Below are positions 53,356-64,000 of a stretch of DNA of 64,000 nt, one piece after another. The stretch is from Macrostomum lignano. Lineage: Eukaryota. Location of the stretch: the NCBI GenBank assembly GCA_002269645.1, contig NIVC01000577.1, forward strand, positions 1-64,000. Reading direction: 5' to 3'. The notes below the pieces were generated by a model that searched no databases, was not told the DNA's origin, and saw only the letters and a list, made by a program, of their open reading frames with translations. The position numbers were made by a program, and so were the translations under genes. Within the stretch, counting starts at the first letter, position 1. Each line of letters starts with the position of its first letter.

Positions 53356-53939
53356 TGATCAATTCTAAAGACTTAATTCCTAGCCACTAAAAGCAAAAAC
53401 CATTAGCTGAGCCATTTTGGGACGCAGCAGTCAGCCTCTTTCAATCCCTGTGCTGATGCTGATATTCACAGAGGTCCCAACTAGCTGAGCCACTGAATGT
53501 GACGATCAAATATTAAGCTTTACTTTCGAAAGGATCGAATAGAAAACAGAAAGCAATATTTCTCTGTGGGAGTTTTGCCCTCCCACTACTGCCCTAGCCC
53601 TGGCTTGCGTAAATCCACCCAGAAAAAAATGATTAGGAAGCCAAAAGCCAGAAATTCTCCTCGATTTATATTTGGGGAAGAAAAACACTGTATGCAGAGT
53701 TTGCCGAGAAAATAGAGATGGCAGAGATGAAGGCATGGAAAAAAGATTTGTATAAAAGGCATAGGCAGTCAGACTTTAGGATAGAGATTTTGATGGGAAA
53801 TATGATTGAGTATACCGGTAGGCTCCAAGGCCATTGGGGTGTCTTGTAAGACTTTGCTTGTAAAGATTGAATTAGCTAATTTGAATTTGTTGTTAGTGCG
53901 AGTTCGAACAACTATATCAATCCAGGTTTTGCTAAAAAG

Positions 53940-54890
53940 CGTCTTGTGTCTTGTGTCTTGTGTCTTGTATCTTGTGTCTTGTGTCTTGTATCTTGTGTCT
54001 TGTGTCTTGTGTCTTGTGTCTTGTGTCTGGTGTCTTGCGTCTTGTGTTCTGTGTCTTGTGTCTTGCGTCTTGTGTCTTGCGTCTTGTGTCTTGCGTCTTG
54101 TGTCTTGTGTCTTGTGTCTTGTGTCTTGCTTCATGTGTTCTGTGTCTTGTGTCTTGTGTCTTGTGTCTTGCGTCTTGTGTCTTGTGTCTTGTGTCTTGTG
54201 TCTTGTGTCTTGTGTCTTGCTTCATGTGTTCTGTGTCTTGTGTCTTGCGTCTTGTGTCTTGCGTCTTGTGTCTTGTGTCTTGTGTCTTGCTTCATGTGTT
54301 CTGTGTCTTGTGTCTTGCGTCTTGTGTCTTGCGTCTTGTGTCTTGTGTCTTGTGTCTTGTGTCTTGTGTCTTGTGTCTTGTGTCTTGCTTCATGTGTTCT
54401 GTGTCTTGTGTCTTGCGTCTTGTGTCTTGCGTCTTGTGTCTTGTGTCTTGTGTCTTGTGTCTTGTGTCTTGTGTCTTGCTTCATGTGTTCTGTGTCTTGT
54501 GTCTTGCGTCTTGTGTCTTGCGTCTTGTGTCTTGTGTCTTGTGTCTTGCTTCATGTGTTCTGTGTCTTGTGTCTTGCGTCTTGTGTCTTGCGTCTTGTGT
54601 CTTGTGTCTTGTGTCTTGTGTCTTGTGTCTTGTGTCTTGTGTCTTGCTTCATGTGTTCTGTGTCTTGTGTCTTGCGTCTTGTGTCTTGCGTCTTGTGTCT
54701 TGTGTCTTGTGTCTTGTGTCTTGTGTCTTGTGTCTTGCTTCATGTGTTCTGTGTCTTGTGTCTTGCGTCTTGTGTCTTGCGTCTTGTGTCTTGTGTCGTG
54801 TCTTGTGTCTTGTGTCTTGTGTCTTGTGTCTTGTGTCTTGTGTCTTGTGTCTTGTGTCTTGTGTCTTGCTTCATGTGTTCTGTGTCTTGT
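53940..54890. repeat. Heptamer (TCTTGTG)n with a 259-bp higher-order period
   Basis: Read directly; near-identical ORFs at 54131-54484 and 54390-54743 are offset by 259. Confidence 0.96.
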
Positions 54891-55781
54891 GTCTCCTGTC
54901 TTGTCTTTTGTGTATTTTCTCTCGTTTCTTGTTTCTTGTGTCTGATTTCTTATGCCTTGTCTCTTTCTTTTGTGTCTTGTGTGTTGTGTCTAGCACTTTC
55001 TATATCCTTTTGTGCTAAGCCTAGAGCTACAAAAATCCATTAGACTAAAAATTGTCTTGAACTAAAATTGCGCCTAAAATAAGCTTCACTTCTCAAGCGA
55101 CCACCGACCTGCCCCGGTCTAATTCGAGTTTAATTGGACTCTCTCTGTTCGTGTTGAAACTCAATTTCATTCTCTCCGTTAAGTCAACCGCACACTCCTA
55201 CTCTCTTTGCTCTTTCATACTGGCTATATAATAATCACTTTAGTAATGCCAACAACGCGGCACTACTACAGTCCACACGCATATCTGAGCACATATGTAA
55301 TCTATAATGCAAAAGAAATTTGCATTTTGACGAGGGCCAGTCGCGAGAAGGCGGACGGCACAGAGTTTGACGAAATGAAAACTCGCCACTGCCCGCCGAG
55401 GAGGGGGGGTTGAGGAGGGGGAGCCTGAGCTCGAATCCCACCCGCCCTGGGTCGAGAGACATTGCGGCTGACCTAGGTGGAGATTCTGCGTGCCCTGCGG
55501 CCAGATTAGCGATCCACTTAATGCACGAGCAGCCATAGCTGTGTATGATATATGAATATAATATTACCCACATCCGGTTAGTTTAACTTCCGGAAATTGC
55601 GATCGAACGACGGCTCGGCTAGTCAAGACAGAAGCCAGATATATGAGCCCCCCCCCCAGAAAGTGCTTCACCCCCAACTGCTTGAGCTCCCTTCCCGCTC
55701 CTCTCCTCCACCTCGCTGCCCAACTGCAGGATCTCTGAAAAAAACACCTGCCCAAAGCATTCGTTCTCAAACGATGTGCTT

Positions 55782-56836
<1,055 letters not shown>

Positions 56837-57719
56837 GATCTTTCTCTCCTACCTGAGCTATATAAGAATATCGCTACGTAAAATAGCCTCCCTTTCAGGT
56901 CAATGTCACCCTAGCTCAATCAGTTTTTGATATAATCTACGGCATAAAAAATCGCTTCAAATTTTAGCTAACTTTATACTAACAGTAGTGCGAAACGAAT
57001 TTGAGAAAAATTTTGCTAAAACCATCGCTTCGAGTAGCGAAGTCGGCAGATCCAGCAAATCTAATTATCGTTTGAGTAAAAGCTTCATCGTTTGAGTAAA
57101 AGCTTCATCGATGAGAAGCGGAGGCAGAGCCCAGAGCCTTCTAAAAATAATGCACTTCAGCTGGCGTTCGGGTCGGGAAGTATGAGTATGCAGAGACAGA
57201 TTTAATAGGAAAATATCTGCCAACTATGAAAGCAGTCCTAGTAATCCTTATTTTTTATCCCCAGTTAGGGAAGTGGAACATCTGCCAGCGTTCTGAGAGT
57301 GCAGTGCTGTGGGAGAGTGAACGGTGAGGTTTAGGGACAGAACAGTTTTGGACAGTGCTTCATCTCACTCCTCATTCCCCACATGCAGTGTCACAAGGCG
57401 CAGTTGCAAGCTCAACCCTGTCTCATGTCGGAAACAGGCTCATAACTCATACCAGATTAATTAGTCTATCTCTGGAGCACACTTCAAAAATATCAGTTTT
57501 TTATCTTTGCATCGGACAAACTGGATATGACTTATAAAATTGTCCGGGCAGTCAACCATGCCAGTTGGAAATTGAGTACATTTACACGAAATTAGAGATT
57601 GAAATCGCTCCCTAGTCTCTTGCGCTTCCTTGTCGAGTGCTTTTGTAAATGTTTAAGAGATTTCAATACATTTGATCTACTCGACAAATGCATACCAAAA
57701 ATCACCCAACACCCACGGC

Positions 57720-58470
57720 ACAAAACACATCACAGTACACTCTACCCAAAGCACCCACCACCCCACAGCGCCCACCACCACACAGCGCCCACCACATCAC
57801 AGAACACTCCACCCAAAGCACCCACCACCCCACAGCGCCCACCACCCCACAGCGCCCACCACCACACAGCGCCCACCACATCACAGAACACTCCACCCAA
57901 AGCACCCACCACCCCAAAGCACCCACCACCCCACAGCGCCCACCACCACACAGCGCCCACCACATCACAGAACACTCCACCCAAAGCACCCACCACCCCA
58001 CAGCACCCACCACCCACAGCGCCCACCACCCCACAGCGCCCACCAACCCACAGCGCCCACCACCCCACAGCGCCCACCACCCCACAGCGCCCACCACCCC
58101 ACAGCGCCCACCACCCCACAGCGCCCACCACCCCACAATGCCCACGACCCCACAGCGCCCACCACCCCACAGCGCCCACCACCCCACAGCGCCTACGACC
58201 CCACAGCGCCCACCACCCCACAGCGCCCACCACCCCACAGCGCCTACGACCCCACAGCGGCCATCACTCCACAGCGGCCACCATCCCACAGCGCCCACCA
58301 TCCCACAGCGCCCACCACCCCACAGCGACCATCACTCCACAGCGGCCACCATCCCGCAGCGCCCACCACCCCACAGCGCCCACCACCCCACAGCGCCTAC
58401 GACCCCACAGCGACCACCACTCCACAGCGGCCACCACTCCACAGCGGCCACCATCCCACAGGGCCCAGAA
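57720..58470. repeat. C-rich minisatellite, 18-bp unit CACAGCGCCCACCACCCC
   Basis: Read directly; 6-aa periodic ORFs. Confidence 0.95.
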
Positions 58471-58840
58471 CAAAAGCACAAAGCACCTCAGACCAAAGCA
58501 CACAATTACAATTAGCAAGCACAACGTATTATTGTAAGTCATTCGATGCAAAATCATTCTCTGCAGGCAAAGGCATTGCAGAGAGCTCATTGAGTTTAGT
58601 GCCGAGAAAGACACTTACTCCAGAGAGTTGCTCCATCGCCATCCATCAGTGGCTGGCTAGAAGCCCGTGGGCCAATCAGAATGCCAGGATCAAATAGGAA
58701 ATGAGAGAAAACGATACACTCAGACAGGAAGAGCTCCCGTAGATTTTAGATCCAGCAAACAGAAACAAAACTGCTTCCAACTTCCTCTACACTCGACATA
58801 GTAGCAGAAGCCTGCAACATAGATAGATTGTCACAGAAAC

Positions 58841-58882
58841 ATGAGCCAACAGGTACAGTGTAAGTCCTCTGCCCCAGGAACC

Positions 58883-58944
<62 letters not shown>

Positions 58945-59493
58945 CCTTACAACCCTGCTTGGCGGTTTGATGCCATTTCAGCGCTCGGGAAAGTCGCATT
59001 CGACTTCCTGCGTTCAAGCCGTGCAAACGGCGGCCCAGCAACAGCAGCCATCGGCTAGCCAGCTGCAGCCAGCGATGCCGACAACTCCACCAAGGTTGCT
59101 CGTGTCCTCTTCTGACGATTCGGCCGCGGCAGGCGCCGAAGAAGGGGCCATCGTCAGGCGACATTTCATTTCCCGTCGGGAGTCTGCCGCAACGACGATT
59201 CGAACGACTCGGACGACTCGACCGACGACTGCAACTGCGAACAGTACGACGAGGATGCTGCCGAGCATGACGAAGCTGAGAATGGAGATGAGGGCGCAGA
59301 TGACAGCGGCGGCGGCGCCTGCTGCCGAGCTGAAGCTGCTGGCAGCTTGTCGGCCACCTCGCTGACCGTGTCCGGCAGTCGTCGAGGAGGTGGCGGCGGC
59401 GGCGGCGGCGGCCGACCGGACATCCAGCGATGCCACTCGGACAGCGGAACTGAGGGAGTTCCGGCGCATGCGCTGTTCCTGCGGCAGAGAGGG
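58841..59493 (+). CDS. Probable coding exon of an unidentified protein: polyQ (about 20), acidic D/E stretch and polyG; apparent 1-nt deletion near 59187
   Basis: GC-rich island with a CAG repeat, ending at a GGG|GTGAGT donor (59494) in phase with the next exon. The 5' boundary is uncertain (ATG at 58841 or acceptor at 58852). Confidence 0.6.
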
Positions 59494-60390
59494 GTGAGTG
59501 AATAGCTTGCGGGTGTGTGAATAGCTGTGGCTGAGTGAGTGAATGTCTGTGAATGAGTTATTGTCTGTGAGTGAGTCAATGGCAGTTGGTGAGTCAATGG
59601 CTGAGTGAGTGAATGGCTGTAAGTGAGTGAATGCCTGTGAGTGAGTGAGTTAGTGAATGGCAGTTGGTGCGTGAATGGGACTTGATGAGTCAGTGGCTGA
59701 GTGAGTGAATGTCTGTAAGTGAGTGAATGCCTGTGAATGAGTTATTGTCTGTGAGTGAGTCAATGGCAGTTGGTGAGTCAATGACTGAATGAGTGAATGT
59801 CTGTGAGTGAGTGAAAAGCTGTGAGTGAGTGAAAAGCTGTGAGTGAGTGAAAAGCTGTGAGTGAGTGAATAGCTGTGAGTGAGTGAATAGCTGTGAGTGA
59901 GTGAATAGCTGTGAGTGAATGAATGGTTGTGAGTGAGTGAAAAGCTGTGAGTGAGTGAATAGCTGTGAGTGAGTGAATAGCTGTGAGTGAGTGAATAGCT
60001 GTGAGTGAATGAATGGTTGTGAGTGAGTGAAAAGCTGTGAGTGAGTGAAAAGCTGTGAGTGAGTGAAAAGCTGTGAGTGAGTGAATAGCTGTGAGTGAGT
60101 TAATAGCTGTGAGTGAGTGAATAGCTGTGAGTGAGTGAATAGCTGTGAGTGAGTGAAAAGCTGTGAGTGAGTGAATAGCTGTGAGTGAGTTAAAAGCTGT
60201 GAGTGAGTGAATAGCTGTGAGTGAGTGAATAGCTGTGAGTGAATGAATGGCTGTGAGTGAGTGAAAAGCTGTGAGTGAGTGAAAAGCTGTGAGTGAGTGA
60301 ATAGCTGTGAGTGAGTGAAAAGCTGTGAGTGAGTGAATAGCTGTGAGTGAGTGAATAGCTGTGAGTGAATGAATGGCTGTGAGTGAGTGA
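59494..60390. repeat. Intronic minisatellite, 18-bp unit GTGAGTGAGTGAATAGCT, starting at the splice donor
   Basis: Read directly; 6-aa periodic antisense ORF (FTHSQL). Confidence 0.95.
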
Positions 60391-60769
60391 ATGACGGGTA
60401 GAGGTAGCCGGAGGCGGCAGATGTGTTGCTAGAAATCACAGTAAACTGAGAGAGATTCTGAGAGCGCATTTTGATTACAGAAAGTAAGAGAAGATGTGAA
60501 AGCTACAGAATTTCATGCATCAAAAATGAAACCCGTGCCACGAAACAAAAAAGCAAAAAATATAAATCTGCAATGGGATCGATCTCTTCCATAGCAACTG
60601 CTCATCAGTGTATTTGTTCCCCAGTCAGCGAAAGCTGAAAAGACAGAGGCGGAGATGGGGTGCAGAACAAAAATAAAAAGCAAAACGATTCACTGTAACC
60701 AAGATCAGTTTAAGCTGATGCCGATGCTGTTACTAAAGGCGACATCGTTCGAGTCCAGGGAGAAGTGAG

Positions 60770-61256
60770 CGCCCCTGTCTCTTGGTGGGAGTCCCTGTCT
60801 CTTGGTGAGAGTCCCTGTCTCTTGGTGAGCGCATCTGTCTCTTGGTGTGTGTCCCTGTCTCTTGGTGGGTGTCCCTGTCTCTTGGTGGGAGTCCCTGTCT
60901 CTTGGTGGGAGTCCCTGTCTCTTAGTGAGCGCATCTGTCTCTTGGTGTGTGTCCCTGTCTCTTGGTGTGTGTCCCTGTCTCTTGGTGGGTGTCCCTGTCT
61001 CTTGGTGGGAGTCCCTGTCTCTTGGTGGGAGTCCCTGTCTCTTGGTGAGCGCATCTGTCTCTTGGTGTGTGTCCCTGTCTCTTGGTGTGTGTCCCTGTCT
61101 CTTGGTGGGTGTCCCTGTCTCTTGGTGGGAGTCCCTGTCTCTTGGTGAGCGCATCTGTCTCTTGGTGGGTGTCCCTGTCTCTTGGTGGGTGTCCCTGTCT
61201 CTTGGTGAACGCCCCTGTCTCTTGGTGGGCGCCCCTGTCTCTTGGTGGGCACACCT
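60770..61256. repeat. Intronic minisatellite, 20-bp unit CCCTGTCTCTTGGTGGGAGT, about 24 copies
   Basis: Read directly; the GAGCGCATCT variant recurs every 100-120 bp. Confidence 0.95.
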
Positions 61257-61317
61257 TTCTGTATAAACACAAATACATAATACACATTAATGCTTACCTT
61301 TACACTTTAAACGCCAG

Positions 61318-61568
61318 AAATCGCAAAAGTCACACGACGACGTCGAAGTTCTGCCTGGCGGTGGAGTCTACGACGGCGATGAAAGAAGCTGTCACAGCCA
61401 CAGCCAGCAACAGAAACAGCAGCAGAAGCAGCAGAAGCAGCAGCAGCAGCAGCTGCACCACCACCACCACTTGCATCATCACCAGCATCACAGGATCCGG
61501 CTGGGATTCGGTTCTGGTGGAAGCCCCGGTGCCTCTGAGCGAAAAGAAAAGTCAAAGAAGAAGAGCAT
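61318..61568 (+). CDS. Probable coding exon (KSQKSHDDVEVLPGGGVYDGDERSCHSHSQQQKQQQ...HHHHH...ERKEKSKKKS)
   Basis: CAG acceptor at 61317 and GTGAGT donor at 61569; the frame is open, phase 0 in. Not shown in the ORF track because it has no start codon. Confidence 0.62.
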
Positions 61569-61849
61569 GTGAGTTCTGTTATTGGCTAAATAATCCCTGT
61601 ACTGTATGCGCGAGCTGCATCAAGTCTTCTGTAAACTTTTCTATTAGAAGCTTTTCAGATTTTCAGTTGCAAGGATTCAGCTAAGAGTGGAATAATTATG
61701 GATGAAAGAATCCGATTTGGAAATGGTATAATAAACTCTTGTATGAAAAGTATTTACGCTCGTAGTATATTTGATTCTAAAGGCTTGCAAAGTACTTTTC
61801 AAGCTGGGTAGCTAGTTCAATACTTCATCCGCTGACTAGCAACTAATGA

Positions 61850-62805
61850 CACAACTTGTACGTACGCTGCCCCCAACTTGTACACTGCTCCCAGCTTTTA
61901 CAGTTGCTCATAACTTGTACAGTTGCTCCCAACTTGTACACTGCTCCAAACTTGTACGTACGCTGCCCCCAACTTGTACACTGCTCCCAACTTGTACATA
62001 GCTCTCAACTTGTACAGTTGCTCTCAACTTGTACACTGCTCCCAACTTGTACAGTTGCTCCCAACTTGTACACAGCTCCCAAATTGTACAGTTACTCCAA
62101 ACTTGTACTGTTGCTCCCAACTTTTACAGTTGCTCCCAACTTGTACAGTTGCTCCCAACTTGTACGCTGCCCCAAACTTATACACTGCTCCCAACTTTTA
62201 AAGTTACTCCCAACTTGTACAGTTGCTCCCAACTTGTACAGTTACTCCAAACTTGTACAGTTGCTTCCAACTTGTACACAGCTCCCAACTTGTACAGATG
62301 CTCCCAACTTGTACAGATGCTCCCAACTTGTACACAGCTCCCAACTTGTACAGTTGCTCCCAACTTGTACACAGCTCCCAACTTGTACAGATGCTCCCAA
62401 CTTGTACACCGCTCCCAACTTGTACAGATGCTCCCAACTTGTACACAGCTCCCAACTTGTACAGATGCTCCCAACTTGTACACAGCTCCCAACTTGTACA
62501 GATGCTCCCAACTTGTACACTGCTCCCAACTTGTACAGTTGCTCCCAACTTGTACAGTTGCTCCCAACTTGTACAGTTGCTCCCAACTTGTACAGTTGCT
62601 CCCAACTTGTACAGTTGCTCCCAACTTGTACAGTTACTCCAAACTTGTACAGTTGCTCCCAACTTGTACAGTTGCTCCCAACTTGTACAGTTGCTCCCAA
62701 CTTGTACAGTTGCTCCCAACTTGTACAGTTACTCCAAACTTGTACATTTGCTCCCAACTTGTACAGTTGCTCCCAACTTGTACAGTTGCTCCCAACTTGT
62801 ACTTG
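61850..62805. repeat. Quasi-palindromic minisatellite, 19-bp unit CCCAACTTGTACAGTTGCT, about 50 copies
   Basis: Read directly. Confidence 0.96.
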
Positions 62806-64000
62806 TCACCTTGTACGCTTGGCCCAAGAGCATTTCACGACAAGCAACAGGCATTTTTTCACAGCTTAGGCTGTACTTAATTCGCCCCCACTCGGTCATG
62901 GAGTCTGCCTGAGTGATTAACTTGTCATCAAGGAAGAACGCACAAGAAGCTACGCTAAAGTACAGTTCCTCAGTAGCTGAGCCAGTCAAAGCCTAATCGA
63001 AGCAAAATAGGAATTGACTTCTTCTGACGCGAAATCAGCATTACTGCGACAGGGGCAGTGGAGGCTTAGTCCAGTCTGGCGGTTGCCGAGTAAAAGAAAT
63101 TACCGAAAGATTTTGCCGGAACGCCCGCCCAGACCCAAGTCTCTAAGGCCAGTTCTCCCGAGGAAAATCGAGGCGAAAGAGGAGAGCATAGTAGGGGAGA
63201 CGGCGAGGGCAGAACGTCATTAAGATGAAAGAGGGCGAAAGAGGGGAGGAGAGTTATAGGCTAGAATTTTGGAACGGAGCGGAGAGAGGGAGAAGCAGTC
63301 GGGGAGAAGTCCCCAGGCTCCGCATCCTCCTCTTTTTGGTCCGATGGCCACCAGGGCATCTCCGGCTGCATCTCTCGCTCCTCCCAACTCCTTGTTCCTT
63401 CTTCCTCCTTTTCCAGTGCTCTCAGACTCGGGGCCTGTCCAGAGCGCACACCCACACATACTTCTCCTCCCATTTGACTGAAAATCTTGCTCAGACGAGA
63501 AGAGCGGATTGAGAAGGCCCTGATATACACCGAGAGGGAGAGACGATCCATCAGCCAGAGAAATGGAGCTCGCATATCTCTAATGCAATTTGCCTCTGCT
63601 GCGCACTGCCAGAAGAAGTCCAACTGAAAAATCTGACGAATTGACGCAGAGCCGGGGCTATTAGTTAGTCGAAGCAGAGGAAAATAGAATCAGTGCGTGC
63701 GAATTGGCAAAGCAAAACGCTTTTCTAATTCTCTTACGCCTCCGAGCCGGAGATGAGCCTTTATAAATAAGCCCTTGGAAGTGGAAATTAAAATGTCAAA
63801 TCGGATTAGCAAATGCGAAACGAGCTGAAACACGATGGAGACAGTCGACAGAAAGTTGGCAACAAGTAGGGCAGGAATGCTACTTTCCATAAAAAGAATT
63901 TCGTATTTTTTAGCTTTCGGTTTGCAGCGAATGTTTTTCATCAAAGTTGGAGCTTTTTTAATCATCGAAAGAAGATGAATAGCGCAGTTTTCTTCAATTC

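Noticed and set aside
57066-57110. 21-bp direct duplication TCATCGTTTGAGTAAAAGCT(T)
   Set aside because: An isolated two-copy slippage event with no associated structure.
63495-63627. Candidate terminal exon of the unidentified + strand gene (REERIEKALIYTERERR...KKSN*)
   Set aside because: The phase-2 acceptor fits and the frame is open for 44 codons, but this could easily be chance without transcript or homology support.

Overview
Eukaryotic (metazoan) genomic DNA with GC-rich exons, AT-rich introns, GT-AG splicing and a very high load of tandem repeats. The style resembles repeat-rich invertebrate genomes such as Macrostomum-type flatworms, but this is inference only. Four genes were reconstructed by hand. 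(1) The 5' part of CFAP47 on the minus strand (8 exons, 6635 to 1552, continuing off the left edge). (2) A complete USP2-like deubiquitinase on the plus strand (4 coding exons, 11690-14907). (3) A divergent Shaw/Kv3-like potassium channel on the minus strand (3 coding exons, 37623 to about 20269/20003). (4) Probable exons of an unidentified low-complexity polyQ/polyH/acidic protein on the plus strand (about 42833-61568). Mobile DNA comprises a 2.4-kb hAT-type element with a perfect 8-bp target-site duplication, a fold-back MITE nested inside it, and a tRNA-headed CORE-SINE. The dominant pattern is about 30 tandem arrays, nearly all with a different unit (4-39 bp), which fill the larger introns and usually stop 23-70 bp short of splice sites; one array appears to be built from the splice donor itself. 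Three coding exons each seem to lack exactly one base. Assembly error is the most likely cause, but it is worth checking. Almost all long ORFs in the supplied track are repeat artefacts. No CRISPR array or rRNA/tRNA gene is supported.
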